A stretch of DNA of 64,000 nt from Octopus sinensis (Eukaryota). The position numbers and the translations under genes are program-made. Location of the stretch: assembly GCF_006345805.1 (NCBI RefSeq), contig NC_043012.1, forward strand, positions 26,102,001-26,166,000. The letters run 5' to 3'. This document shows, one piece after another, positions 53,313 to 64,000 of this stretch. The notes under the pieces were generated by a model that was given only the letters and a program-made list of their open reading frames with translations, had not been told where the DNA came from and ran no database searches. Each line of letters starts with the position of its first letter. Position 1 is the stretch's first letter.

Positions 53313-53830
53313 CTAGCAGCTAAGCCCGGTTTCACCCGGTAGGTTTGGATGATGTGGCTGTAAAACCTGTTCTGTGTAAGCATTCGACTTGTTTGGAATG
53401 ACTTTTTTCTTGAAAAACGCTAAAAATAACTGACCAACAAAAAGACTAGATTGAACGAAATAAAAAGTGAAAACCAAATACTGATGGAACATAGATGACC
53501 TATCCTACTTCTATTGCGCGTGCACACGCGCACACACAAACGAAAACACACACAGACACACACACGCACACACAGACACGCACACATACATTCACATACC
53601 CACCTTTTACATACACTCATATATCCATATAGAGCTGAAACACGCACCCCTTCTTTTCTCATTCATGAACACAAAAGTATTATTATAGTAGATTATCTCG
53701 GTTACCATAGGAGCTATATAAAATAATACAAAACCCTCGATCATTCTACACATCGGTGTAATTTTTTGAGCAAATCCACCCAGCTGTTTGACAGTGAATT
53801 CCAAGACGAGAATGAATCGCCCATGTCAAA
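53313..53830 (-). mobile_element. Helitron-type 3' end (extent uncertain)
   Basis: Minus strand ccgggtgaaaccggg hairpin followed by cttagctgCTAG|T at 53313-53316, within (TA)n. Confidence 0.55.
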
Positions 53831-53848
53831 TATATAATATATATATAT

Positions 53849-54118
53849 AGGTAAAATATGAAAAATCAACGAAAATGCACATTGTAAATAAAAAAAGGCT
53901 TTTTATGACAGGTAACGACAAATATGACGGGTAACGACTGAGGTAGTAATAAAAGTCATGACTTTATAATCATCTTATGATAATCTCATAATAATGACTT
54001 TTAGAACTCTTATAACTACCTCAGTCCATCTGAATGTATGTATTTGTCGCTACCTGTCATAAAAAGCCTTTTTTTTATTTACAATGTGCATTTTCGTTGA
54101 TTTTTCAAATTTTCCCCT
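53849..54118. mobile_element. MITE with ~66-75 bp near-perfect TIRs
   Basis: tgaaaaatcaacgaaaatgcacattgtaaataaaaaaaggctttttatgacaggtaacgacaaata (from 53859) versus its reverse complement ending at 54107. There is also an inner pair actgaggtagt/actacctcagt. Confidence 0.85.
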
Positions 54119-54163
54119 TACATTTCCACGTGTATTTTATATTTTCTTTTTGTAACATATTTC

Positions 54164-54225
<62 letters not shown>

Positions 54226-56388
54226 TGTGTGTGTACAGAGGGTTTCTCCACTCTTCCAGACTACCAATGTCTCTTAAAGGGCAGTGGTCGCGCTGGGGCT
54301 ATAGTAGAAGATAATAGGACATGTTCAAAAGTAGTGAGAAAGAAACGGAATCCACGTGGTGGCAAAGTGACTTCCTTTATTTCACAAGTGTGTATCCGTA
54401 CTTCTTATAGCAATTTCCACAACATAACGTAGAAGGAACAAAATAAGACTTTAAAAAAAATTTGATTAATATTATTTTATTTCAGGTGTGTCACATAGTA
54501 CTTCTCCTAAATGTAATATTCGTTTTTATCGCTCCTCTTTCTCTCTATCATCCTCTCGCTTATTTTCTCGGTATTTTTATAATGAACTATGAGCCAAAAT
54601 GAACTGTGTGTGTGCATGTGTGTGCATGCGTGTATGTGTATGTATATATGTATATATGTGTGTGTATGCGTGCGTATGCGTGTGATTGTGCGTGTGTGTA
54701 TGTATATATGTATGTGTTTGTGTGTGCGTGTGTATATGTATATATTTGCATACATGTGCGTGTTTGTGCATGTATGTGTGTGTGTATGTATATAAGCATG
54801 TGTATGCGTGCGTGCGCGTGTGTGTGTGAATGTATATGTGTATAAATATGTGTACGTGCGTGCGTGTGTGTGTGTTTGTGTGTGTGTGTATGTATGTATG
54901 TATGTTTCTTTGTATGTACGTATGTTGATATATTTGACGTATATTTTTAATGAAACGTGAGGGAAGAGAAAACTGCGAAATCTTACGACTTTCTGTTTGT
55001 CAAAAACTTCTGTCTTCTCGTTTCCAAAATATTCATTTTTAGAATATAAATAAGGGCAATTATTGGACACTTATCCACTTCGAGCAGAAGACATTCGACC
55101 AAAATTAACATGTCAACATCTATCTATGTCTACTAATGTCTTTTGAGCTCAGACGAGGAAAAAACATCAAATATTTTAGGACACGCATTTTTGACATACT
55201 GAAGACGTTGGCCCCGTATTCAACAACTTTTCTCTTATGCTCTCGACTCTCGACTGTTTTTTTCCGTTTCTCTCCCATTGGATGCATGTTATTTCGGTCC
55301 TGCGTCTGTACCTCGCCACCAAGTATTTTTAGAGTGTCCTCTCTTCGTCCTTTCTCTTCTGCTTCAGGTCAGGGGTTAGTCTGTGAAGCGGGATGTTAGT
55401 TTTCTTTAAGATAGTGCCTTTCCTTCTAGCCCCGATAACAAGACATCTTCATCACCAACGACATCCATGCTGGCATGGGTTGAACAGCCTTCCATTAAGT
55501 GGCAAGGGCAGGGGCCGCACCGGGTACCATAGTCTCTTTGGGTTGAGTTTCTACAGTTGGATGCCCCTCCTACCTTGGTAACGCCAACCATTTTACTGCG
55601 TATTGGATGCTTTTTACGTTGCACCATTGAGTCTGCTTTTACGCGGCACCGGCATCAATGCTTTTACATGGCGTTATCACAAGTGCTTTTTAAGCAGCAC
55701 TATCACCGGTGATTTTTATGCGGCACCGGCATCATTTTCTTTTACGTGACACTATCAACAGAGCTTTTTACGTGGCACCAGCACCCATAGCAATACTTCG
55801 TAACGTGGCACCTTTATTTTAGGATATCAGAACGTAAATTGAAATTTATATTTCTTGCAAATCTACTAATCAATAATAGTCTACTGAGTTGAGGTTAAAT
55901 TAGTCAGATATTTCAGACTCACACTTTATCAAAATATTTTAGTTTGTAGACTTCTTAAACAAATGCGTAAAACTGAAGACATTCTCAAAAAATCGACAGC
56001 AGGACATGAATTTCGAGTTTATATTGTTAAACAAATAAAATCCAATTATTTCTGTAATGAGAAAATTCGAATTCATTCTTGGTGAGATATCTGTTTCCTT
56101 TATATGAAAATGAAGCAAACGCTGATAATCCAGATACAATGCCGATCAAATTCTAACCCCAAATCTGTGAATTTCCAACATCATAGCATGCGTTAAGACA
56201 GTTGAGAACAAGCGCAAAGCGGGCAATGTAGGGCTGAATTGTGCTCGTCATGCTAATCCGTTAGTGTTGACGCTACTGTAGCTTGTAGCCCCAGTAAGAC
56301 ATCTCCTCCAGCTGGCTACTGACACACTTTCTGTGCTCTATCAGTATTTGCAAAGGAAAGTCATCCTTCCCATCTCCAGCCTGACGTG

Positions 56389-56427
56389 ATATACACGAGT
56401 TTCTGGGTATTGACCCGTCATCAGCAT
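56389..56427 (-). ncRNA. Minimal hammerhead-like relic
   Basis: Minus strand: CTGATGA-C-GGGT(CAAT)ACCC-A-GAAA-CTCGTG-TA. Stem III is one substitution from a palindrome; stem I is only about 3 bp. Confidence 0.45.
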
Positions 56428-56467
56428 GTGACAACCACCGGTTGGCGACGAGAAGTAGTTCTCAATG

Positions 56468-56506
<39 letters not shown>

Positions 56507-56868
56507 TATATATATATACTTTGATACTTTGATACTTTGATAGGTTTCGGCCATTATTGGCCCAGGCCATGTCTAACTTAATAGCACCGGTGCTATATAT
56601 ATATATATATATATAAACCTAGGCCTATCATTATAATTAAGGATAAAATCTATATAGGATTTTATCAAGTAGCTACCATGTAAAACATTTTAGTTAAAAA
56701 CTAATACAAAGTATCTAATTTTATAAATGCAGTTATTATAAGGACAACTACTGTGAAGCGTCACATGCTAGAAGAAGACGCTAAATGTGTCCATCACATA
56801 GATACAGGCTGAAGACAAGGTAAATGATAGATCGATTTCTGGTATAGGATTGCAATACGCTTTACTAT

Positions 56869-56919
<51 letters not shown>

Positions 56920-56999
56920 GTTATGAATGTGTTTTACTTGGAAGGAAAAAGGTGGATTTACGGATTTACATTTAGGCATATTGATTCAATTTTAACGTG

Positions 57000-57700
57000 C
57001 CACATCACTTTCTCATGGAGAGACAGCTGAGAATCAACGCATGGCCGATGCCAGGTAGGTTTATGCATTCTATATTTGGCCCTTCTAATTAATCCCTACT
57101 ATAGTGGACAAGAGATATGGCAGACAACTACAGTAGTTGCCATTGTTTTCAGAGCAGTATGTCCCTCTCTCTTGTTGTGTTACGATAATTATAAATACAG
57201 ACGCTCGGTAAAGAGGTGCTGGTACCGCACTCACATTCCCGAGATGCGGACGTCTCAGTGAAACTGTCAAGCACGCCTTCGTACATTGTGAGGAACTAAG
57301 GGGACAGATAACCTATGTCGAACAATTGGTGTCAGATACGGAAAGAGTACGGTTATCAACTGAGTATATCGTCAAGATTGTGCCGCCTCCCTCCTTTAAC
57401 AAGGAAAAGGAGGCGTCATTTTTCTGCGTAGCAGCCATATTGAAAGAGACAGTATGAGTTACGCTTGAAAGAGGGATTGAGACAGGCAACTTTATCTCTG
57501 GACAGGGGTTATGTTTTCTTTTTTTTAACTACGCCCTGTCCTGAAAGATCAGTCTGGAGAAAAGGTGTCTGCCTCGAAAAATGTTGGAGAAAAGATAGAC
57601 AAATGTCGTAAGGAAGTTGAGAGGGAATGGGGCCACACTAGTGTAGCCGGTCTGAACGGAAAAGAAGGAGAAAACGAAAGAAACATTTTTGAAAAGAATA
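57000..57700 (+). mobile_element. 3' fragment of a Tx1/L1-clade LINE ORF2
   Basis: (F)PRCGRLSETVKHAFVHC at 57236 is a CCHC knuckle with the first Cys mutated. It is followed by ...AILKETV*VTLERG...SGQGL...KISLEKRCLPRKMLEKR*TNVVRKLRGNGATLV* (57646), with W-to-stop decay. The 5' limit is approximate. Confidence 0.72.
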
Positions 57701-58507
57701 TTATAAAAAGTAAAAATAAGGAAAAACCGGCGGGTCGAACACGAACCTGAAAATGTATCATCATATAATTTTAAAATTCAATTCGATTTCATTGTACTGT
57801 TTAAATTCATCCGATTTCATTATACTCGACTTTTAAAAATATAATAACCCCAGTCCCTAAATGGTTTTTGTTTTATCCTTCTGCTGTCCCCTCTGTGTCA
57901 TGGCCTGTGTGCCGAATAAAAGAAATTAGTTAGTGAAGGAAGCTTTACAAGATGACCAGGACCAGATGACTTCTGTTTATCACTAGCTCACTTTAGAATG
58001 ACAAGTGTCATTCTGTCTTTCACGACGGCTGCTGAGATGACGGACAGAACGTTTGCATGATTCTGTCTCTCTGCTCTAATTCACTGTCTCTATCGCTCTT
58101 TAAGGGTGTATTACTACTACTAAAGACATAAACAACAAACAACACAAGAGGCAAACGGTAAGAGTGACATTCCTTCTGTTTTAATCGCCTTTCGAGGATT
58201 CGCAATGAACCAAGGAACACCACCTGTCTTTAAGAACTGATATCTACATTCCACCATTTGTTACGGCTCTGAGCTTGAACTCTGATATTTTGTGACGACT
58301 TGTCTTTTGTACTGAAATGATTATAACAACATTGAGCTGCGTTCCATCTGTGTGTTTTATGCCATTCATCTTTACTAAATACACTGTTGAATCTAAAATC
58401 GGGTTTTGTTGTTATTGTCATGTTTATTAATTTCTGGTGCCTTTGTCTAACCCGTAACAATATATATATATATAAGATATAAACATATATAAATATAAAT
58501 ATATATT

Positions 58508-58550
<43 letters not shown>

Positions 58551-58650
58551 CACACACATACACACACACCACACACACCACACACCACACACACACACAC
58601 AACACACACACACACACACACAACACACACATACACACACACCACACACA

Positions 58651-58702
<52 letters not shown>

Positions 58703-58884
58703 CACTGAAGTATGATTATATGTGCAATTGTATATGAATGTATTGTATATATACGATTATGTATCCAACAGTAAGTGTATGTATTGTAACAGATATGCAT
58801 ATGTATAATATTTGAATGCTTGATAACAACTCAGTGTAATATCAGCTGATGTGACAGACTCATGTATATGCTTATGTGTGTGAG

Positions 58885-58939
58885 TGTGTGTATGTCAAAT
58901 ATACGCATACATGTATATATATGTATATATATATATATG

Positions 58940-58977
<38 letters not shown>

Positions 58978-58986
58978 TACATATAC

Positions 58987-59018
<32 letters not shown>

Positions 59019-59031
59019 TTACATATATATG

Positions 59032-59086
<55 letters not shown>

Positions 59087-59467
59087 ATATATATATATAC
59101 ATATATATATACATATATCATGAGTGTAAATTGCTCTCCATAAATAATGATTTTGTGCATTCCATTCTGTGTATGGGTTGTTTCTATATACACACGGCCG
59201 CAACTCTCAACGGGCGTGTAGACGCGCACTCGTGTTTCTGAGGATGTGTTTGTACATCATTGTACACACACGTGTGTGAATGCATGTGAGTAAGGGTGTG
59301 CACGTCTATATCGTCACGTGGTGTAATCATTTACATGTATGCACCCCTACACACATGCATGAATACAAACACACACACACACTCACAAACAAGTGCATGA
59401 GTGTGTATTTATATGAAGGTGTATGTGCATATGCATATTTATATGTGTGTGTGTGTGTATACATACA

Positions 59468-59566
<99 letters not shown>

Positions 59567-59705
59567 ACATATATACATATATACATAACATATATATATG
59601 TGTGTGAGTATGGTTTGTGGTTATGACCATGGGTGTGTAGTGTTTGTGAGCACGTGTGTGTGTGTGTATGTCAATATATACGCATACATGTATATATATG
59701 TATAT

Positions 59706-59739
<34 letters not shown>

Positions 59740-59762
59740 TATATACATATATACATATATAC

Positions 59763-59794
<32 letters not shown>

Positions 59795-59816
59795 TTACAT
59801 ATATATGTATATACAT

Positions 59817-59861
<45 letters not shown>

Positions 59862-60243
59862 TATATATATATACATATATATATACATATATCATGAGTG
59901 TAAATTGCTCTCCATAAATAATGATATTTGTGCATTCCATTCTGTGTATGCGTGTTTCTATATACACACGGCCGCAACTCTCAACGGGCGTGTAGACGCG
60001 CACTCGTGTTTCTGAGGATGTGTTTGTACATCATTGTACACACACGTGTGTGAATGCATGTGAGTAAGGGTGTGCACGTCTATATTCGTCACGTGGTGTA
60101 ATCATTTACATGTATGCCACCCTACACACATGCATGAATACAAACACACACACACACTCACAAACAAGTGCATGAGTGTGTATTTATATGAAGGTGTATG
60201 TGCATATGCATATTTATATGTGTGTGTGTGTATACATACAAAC

Positions 60244-60304
<61 letters not shown>

Positions 60305-60451
60305 TATATATATACTATATATATATATATATATATAATACATACATATATATACATATATACATATACATATATATATGTGTGTGAGTATGGTTTGTGG
60401 TTATGACCATGGGTGTGTAGTTGTTTGTGAGCACGTGTGTGTGTGTGTATG
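58885..60451. repeat. Tandem duplication of a ~775 bp unit
   Basis: tcatgagtgtaaattgctctcc at 59118 and 59892; tatgtcaa at 58891 and 59667; the non-microsatellite parts are nearly identical. Confidence 0.92.
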
Positions 60452-60854
60452 TGCGTGTGTCTCTGTGTCTCTGTGTCTCTGTGTGCATGGTAGTATGAGA
60501 GTATGTGCGGATAAATATATCGGTAGTAGTTAGCATAAATTCTGTTATATTGATAATTTATTACAGAAATGATTAAACAGTAAAATGCATACGGATTTTC
60601 AAAGTTAATTACAGTTAATTACTACATGAAAGCCTTGTGCGTATGCCGCTCACTTTGATCTTGTTGATAATTAAAATACAGATCGTAAAATTATACGATG
60701 AAATAAGAGATATCAAGTTTGATAGAAACATATATTATAATATATTATAGATGTATAATATGGATAATAACTGCATAAAATATGATATTCTCTAAATATA
60801 TCCGTATAATATAATAATTATAGATAATAACTTACACGTAATACATAGATGGAG

Positions 60855-61315
<461 letters not shown>

Positions 61316-61414
61316 GATGGAATGATAGAGAGATTTAGAAAAGTATAAAAAAAATATGTATGCAATTGCTTATACAAAAAAAATATACGTATATATTATA
61401 CAATATATGTGTGT

Positions 61415-61462
<48 letters not shown>

Positions 61463-61892
61463 GGATTGTGTGCTTCTGCGTTGTGTTTGTGTACGTGTAC
61501 GTGTGTGTGTGCGTAAACACATATATGTATACATATGAGATTTAGCATTCCTTGAACCCCTACACATTGGTTGAGGTATTCCTGAAGCACATGTTCATGT
61601 CGAGAGAATTGCTACACCTGACGGAGATCCAGACTTCCAAATCAATATTATCAGATAATAGTTGTTATCGTTCAGAAGGTGAGCAACGGTGACAAACATA
61701 TACGCAGGGTAAAATTGTGCAGCGAGGAAGGAACAAGTATATATTTTTATCGGGAAAATTATTAGCGAATTTGAAAATGGAAGTTTTTTAAGAACCTCGT
61801 TGGGAATCTGCACAACAATACATCGATTTTCCCATACTCCCTGTATGCACACACACACATATATATACATGTATATGTGTGTGTGCGTGTGT

Positions 61893-62131
61893 GTGGAGGC
61901 GCGTGGCCTAGTGGTTAGGGTGTCAGCACCATGATCGTAAGATTGTGGTTTCGATTCCTGGACCCGGCGACCCGTCGTGTTCTTGAGCAAAACACTTCAT
62001 TTCACGTTGCTCCAGTCCATTCAGCTGGCAAAAACGAGTAACTTACATCCCGTCCAGCTGGAGAACACATACGCCATAGAAACCCGGGAAATCGGACCCA
62101 TGAGCCTGGCTAGGCTTTAAAAAGCGCATTT
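61893..62131 (+). mobile_element. SINE family C
   Basis: gtggaggcgcgtggcctagtggttagggtgtc...ggtttcgattcctgg...aaaagcgcattt. Confidence 0.87.
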
Positions 62132-62302
62132 ATTATATATATATATATCTATATATCTATATATATATTTTTATACATATATGTGAGTCTATATATATGT
62201 ATATATATATATATTGTTTATAAATTTAACCTTTAAAGGTATTTTTTAATATGCTGGCCATTGATAAAAAATTTTTTCGAAAAAATTTTATCCTATACTA
62301 GA

Positions 62303-62347
<45 letters not shown>

Positions 62348-62594
62348 TGTGTGTGTGTGTGTGTGTGGTGTGTGTATATATATATGTATATGTATATGTA
62401 TATATATATATGTATATATAAATATATATATGTATTTAATTATGTACATATATGTATGTGTGTGTTTGTCCTTCTCTCCGTGTTTGTCCTCTACGACCGC
62501 TTGGGAACGGGTGTAGGTTTGCTTACGCCACCGAAAATTAGCGGTTCGACAAATGAAACCAGTAGAATAAAATGCCAGAGGAGTGAGGGGTGGT

Positions 62595-62760
62595 AAATCG
62601 CCGATGATTTTGCATTGAATTAATCCTCATCCATGACACTTACTCCGTTGCCTTGTGTTTAATTGAACTCGCCTTGTAAGTTGATAGAAAATGCCATAGG
62701 AATTTAACCCTGGGCAATGGAGTAAGTGTCACGGATAAAGATTAATACAATCTGAAGTAC
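62595..62760 (+). mobile_element. Small fold-back MITE, copy 1
   Basis: Arms atccatgacacttactccgttgcc / ggcaatggagtaagtgtcacggat, extending imperfectly to about 55 bp. Confidence 0.75.
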
Positions 62761-62993
62761 CAGTGACATTCATTGGATAAAGAAATTTCTTCAAGACCTT
62801 GCTGTAGAATGGCCGCAACGTAATGACTGAATCACGTATAAGACTATATATCGCACTTTTCACCGTTGGTTTCTACAGTAACAAAGGGTGCAAATGAGCA
62901 CCCCAATTGCTAGAAATAACAGTCAAATCCAATATTAGCCATGGGCAAAAAACTTATCGATTGATCGACAAGAAAGAGAACAATCGCCCTGTT

Positions 62994-63152
62994 AAATCGT
63001 CGATGACTTCGGATTATATTAAACCTTATCAGTGACACTTACTCCATTGCCCAAGGTTGAATTCCTACGGGACTTTCTACAACTGACAAGGTGAGTACAC
63101 TTAAACCCTAGGCAACAGAGTAAGTGTCATAGATAAGGATAAATTCAATGCG
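62994..63152 (-). mobile_element. Small fold-back MITE, copy 2, inverted relative to copy 1
   Basis: Same arms; the internal loop is the reverse complement of the loop in copy 1. Confidence 0.75.
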
Positions 63153-63387
63153 GGAGGTACTCTCTTGCCAGTCAATAGATGTTTTACTCGTGGCTAAGAG
63201 TTGTTTTGACTCTTATTTCTATCAATGCTGATGCTCATTTGCACTCCCGGTCACTTTAGTGATTTTCTTTTTTTTTTTAAATTGTAAACAATTAACTTAA
63301 TAATAAGAACAAAAACAACAACAACAACAACACAGCAGCAGCAGCAGCAGCAGCAACAACAACAACAACACCAACACCAACAACAAC

Positions 63388-63420
<33 letters not shown>

Positions 63421-63422
<2 letters not shown>

Positions 63423-63966
63423 ATGCCCTGATGCAGTACCAGACAGTGGCTCTCATGGCTTCTGATCTTAACTGATTGGAAGTGTTATCATGTACATTGT
63501 TTTGTCTTGGTATAAAAGATGGGCTACAGCAAATATTCTGCTCAATACCACAGATTTGCTTGTCAATTGTTTGACCATAACCAGTTGAGCATGTCCCTTA
63601 GTGGTTGATGATATGTGCATCTCCGATCACGAGCAGAAGTAGTGGGGGATCATCATAGCTATGTGTTGAAAGGTTTGGATAATTCACCTTTGGAAACATA
63701 GGTGCTTCGTTCAACATCCTTAGACAATCCTTATTCAAGGACCTTTTGAGCTGGATGAGCTACTCAACCTGAAGAGAATTCTAACTGGGCCCCATCTGCA
63801 AGGTCATGTACTGTTTATCTTGATATGAGATCACCATGTCGCGCACATATGGTTGTGATGCATGTGCCTGGTGTACCCTTATCAGACGGGTAGTCATGAT
63901 GGGTATATTGGGTTTCGTACATTTTACCCCAGTGTCACTTTGATGACATGCACTGCTCTCTCACTC

Positions 63967-63967
<1 letters not shown>
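63421..63967 (+). mobile_element. ~550 bp non-coding interspersed element flanked on both sides by (TAA)n
   Basis: Complex ~45% GC sequence bounded precisely by (AAT)n at 63387-63420 and 63968-64000; no ORF of 60 aa or more. Confidence 0.55.

Positions 63968-64000
<33 letters not shown>

Noticed and set aside
55600-55825. Possible CRISPR-like array
   Set aside because: Eukaryotic context, degenerate contiguous units, no unique spacers and no cas genes.
61893-61975. tRNA-like heads with A and B boxes (all SINE copies)
   Set aside because: They lack a complete cloverleaf and continue into shared SINE bodies; they are SINEs, not tRNA genes.

Overview
This 64 kb window is AT-rich eukaryotic non-genic DNA, saturated with microsatellites and transposable elements. 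The SINE families and repeat landscape suggest an octopus/cephalopod genome; that is inference. I found no convincing host gene, tRNA/rRNA gene or CRISPR array, and most ORFs in the supplied track are translated simple repeats. Real protein-coding signal belongs to mobile elements: (1) a ~4.3 kb Penelope-like element (RT + GIY-YIG, 30721-35040, minus) with ~1.18 kb inverted pseudo-LTR arms; (2) a near-full-length R4/Dong-clade non-LTR retrotransposon (37651-42205, plus) sitting in a (TAA)n tract inside a second, truncated Penelope-like element (37381-43143); (3) fragments of HERO-like, Tx1/L1-like, RTE-like and older R4/Dong LINEs and of mariner transposases. There are also MITEs, two Helitron-type 3' ends and more than 25 tRNA-derived SINE copies from about three families. 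The most interesting signal is a set of minimal type-I hammerhead-ribozyme-like motifs with palindromic stem III (about 4987-5074, 28689-28787, 30792-30831, 34934-34973, 43017-43060, 56389-56427). The copies in both Penelope elements share a non-canonical UUGANAA (U3-A8) core instead of CUGANGA. All alignments were done by eye, so element boundaries are approximate.
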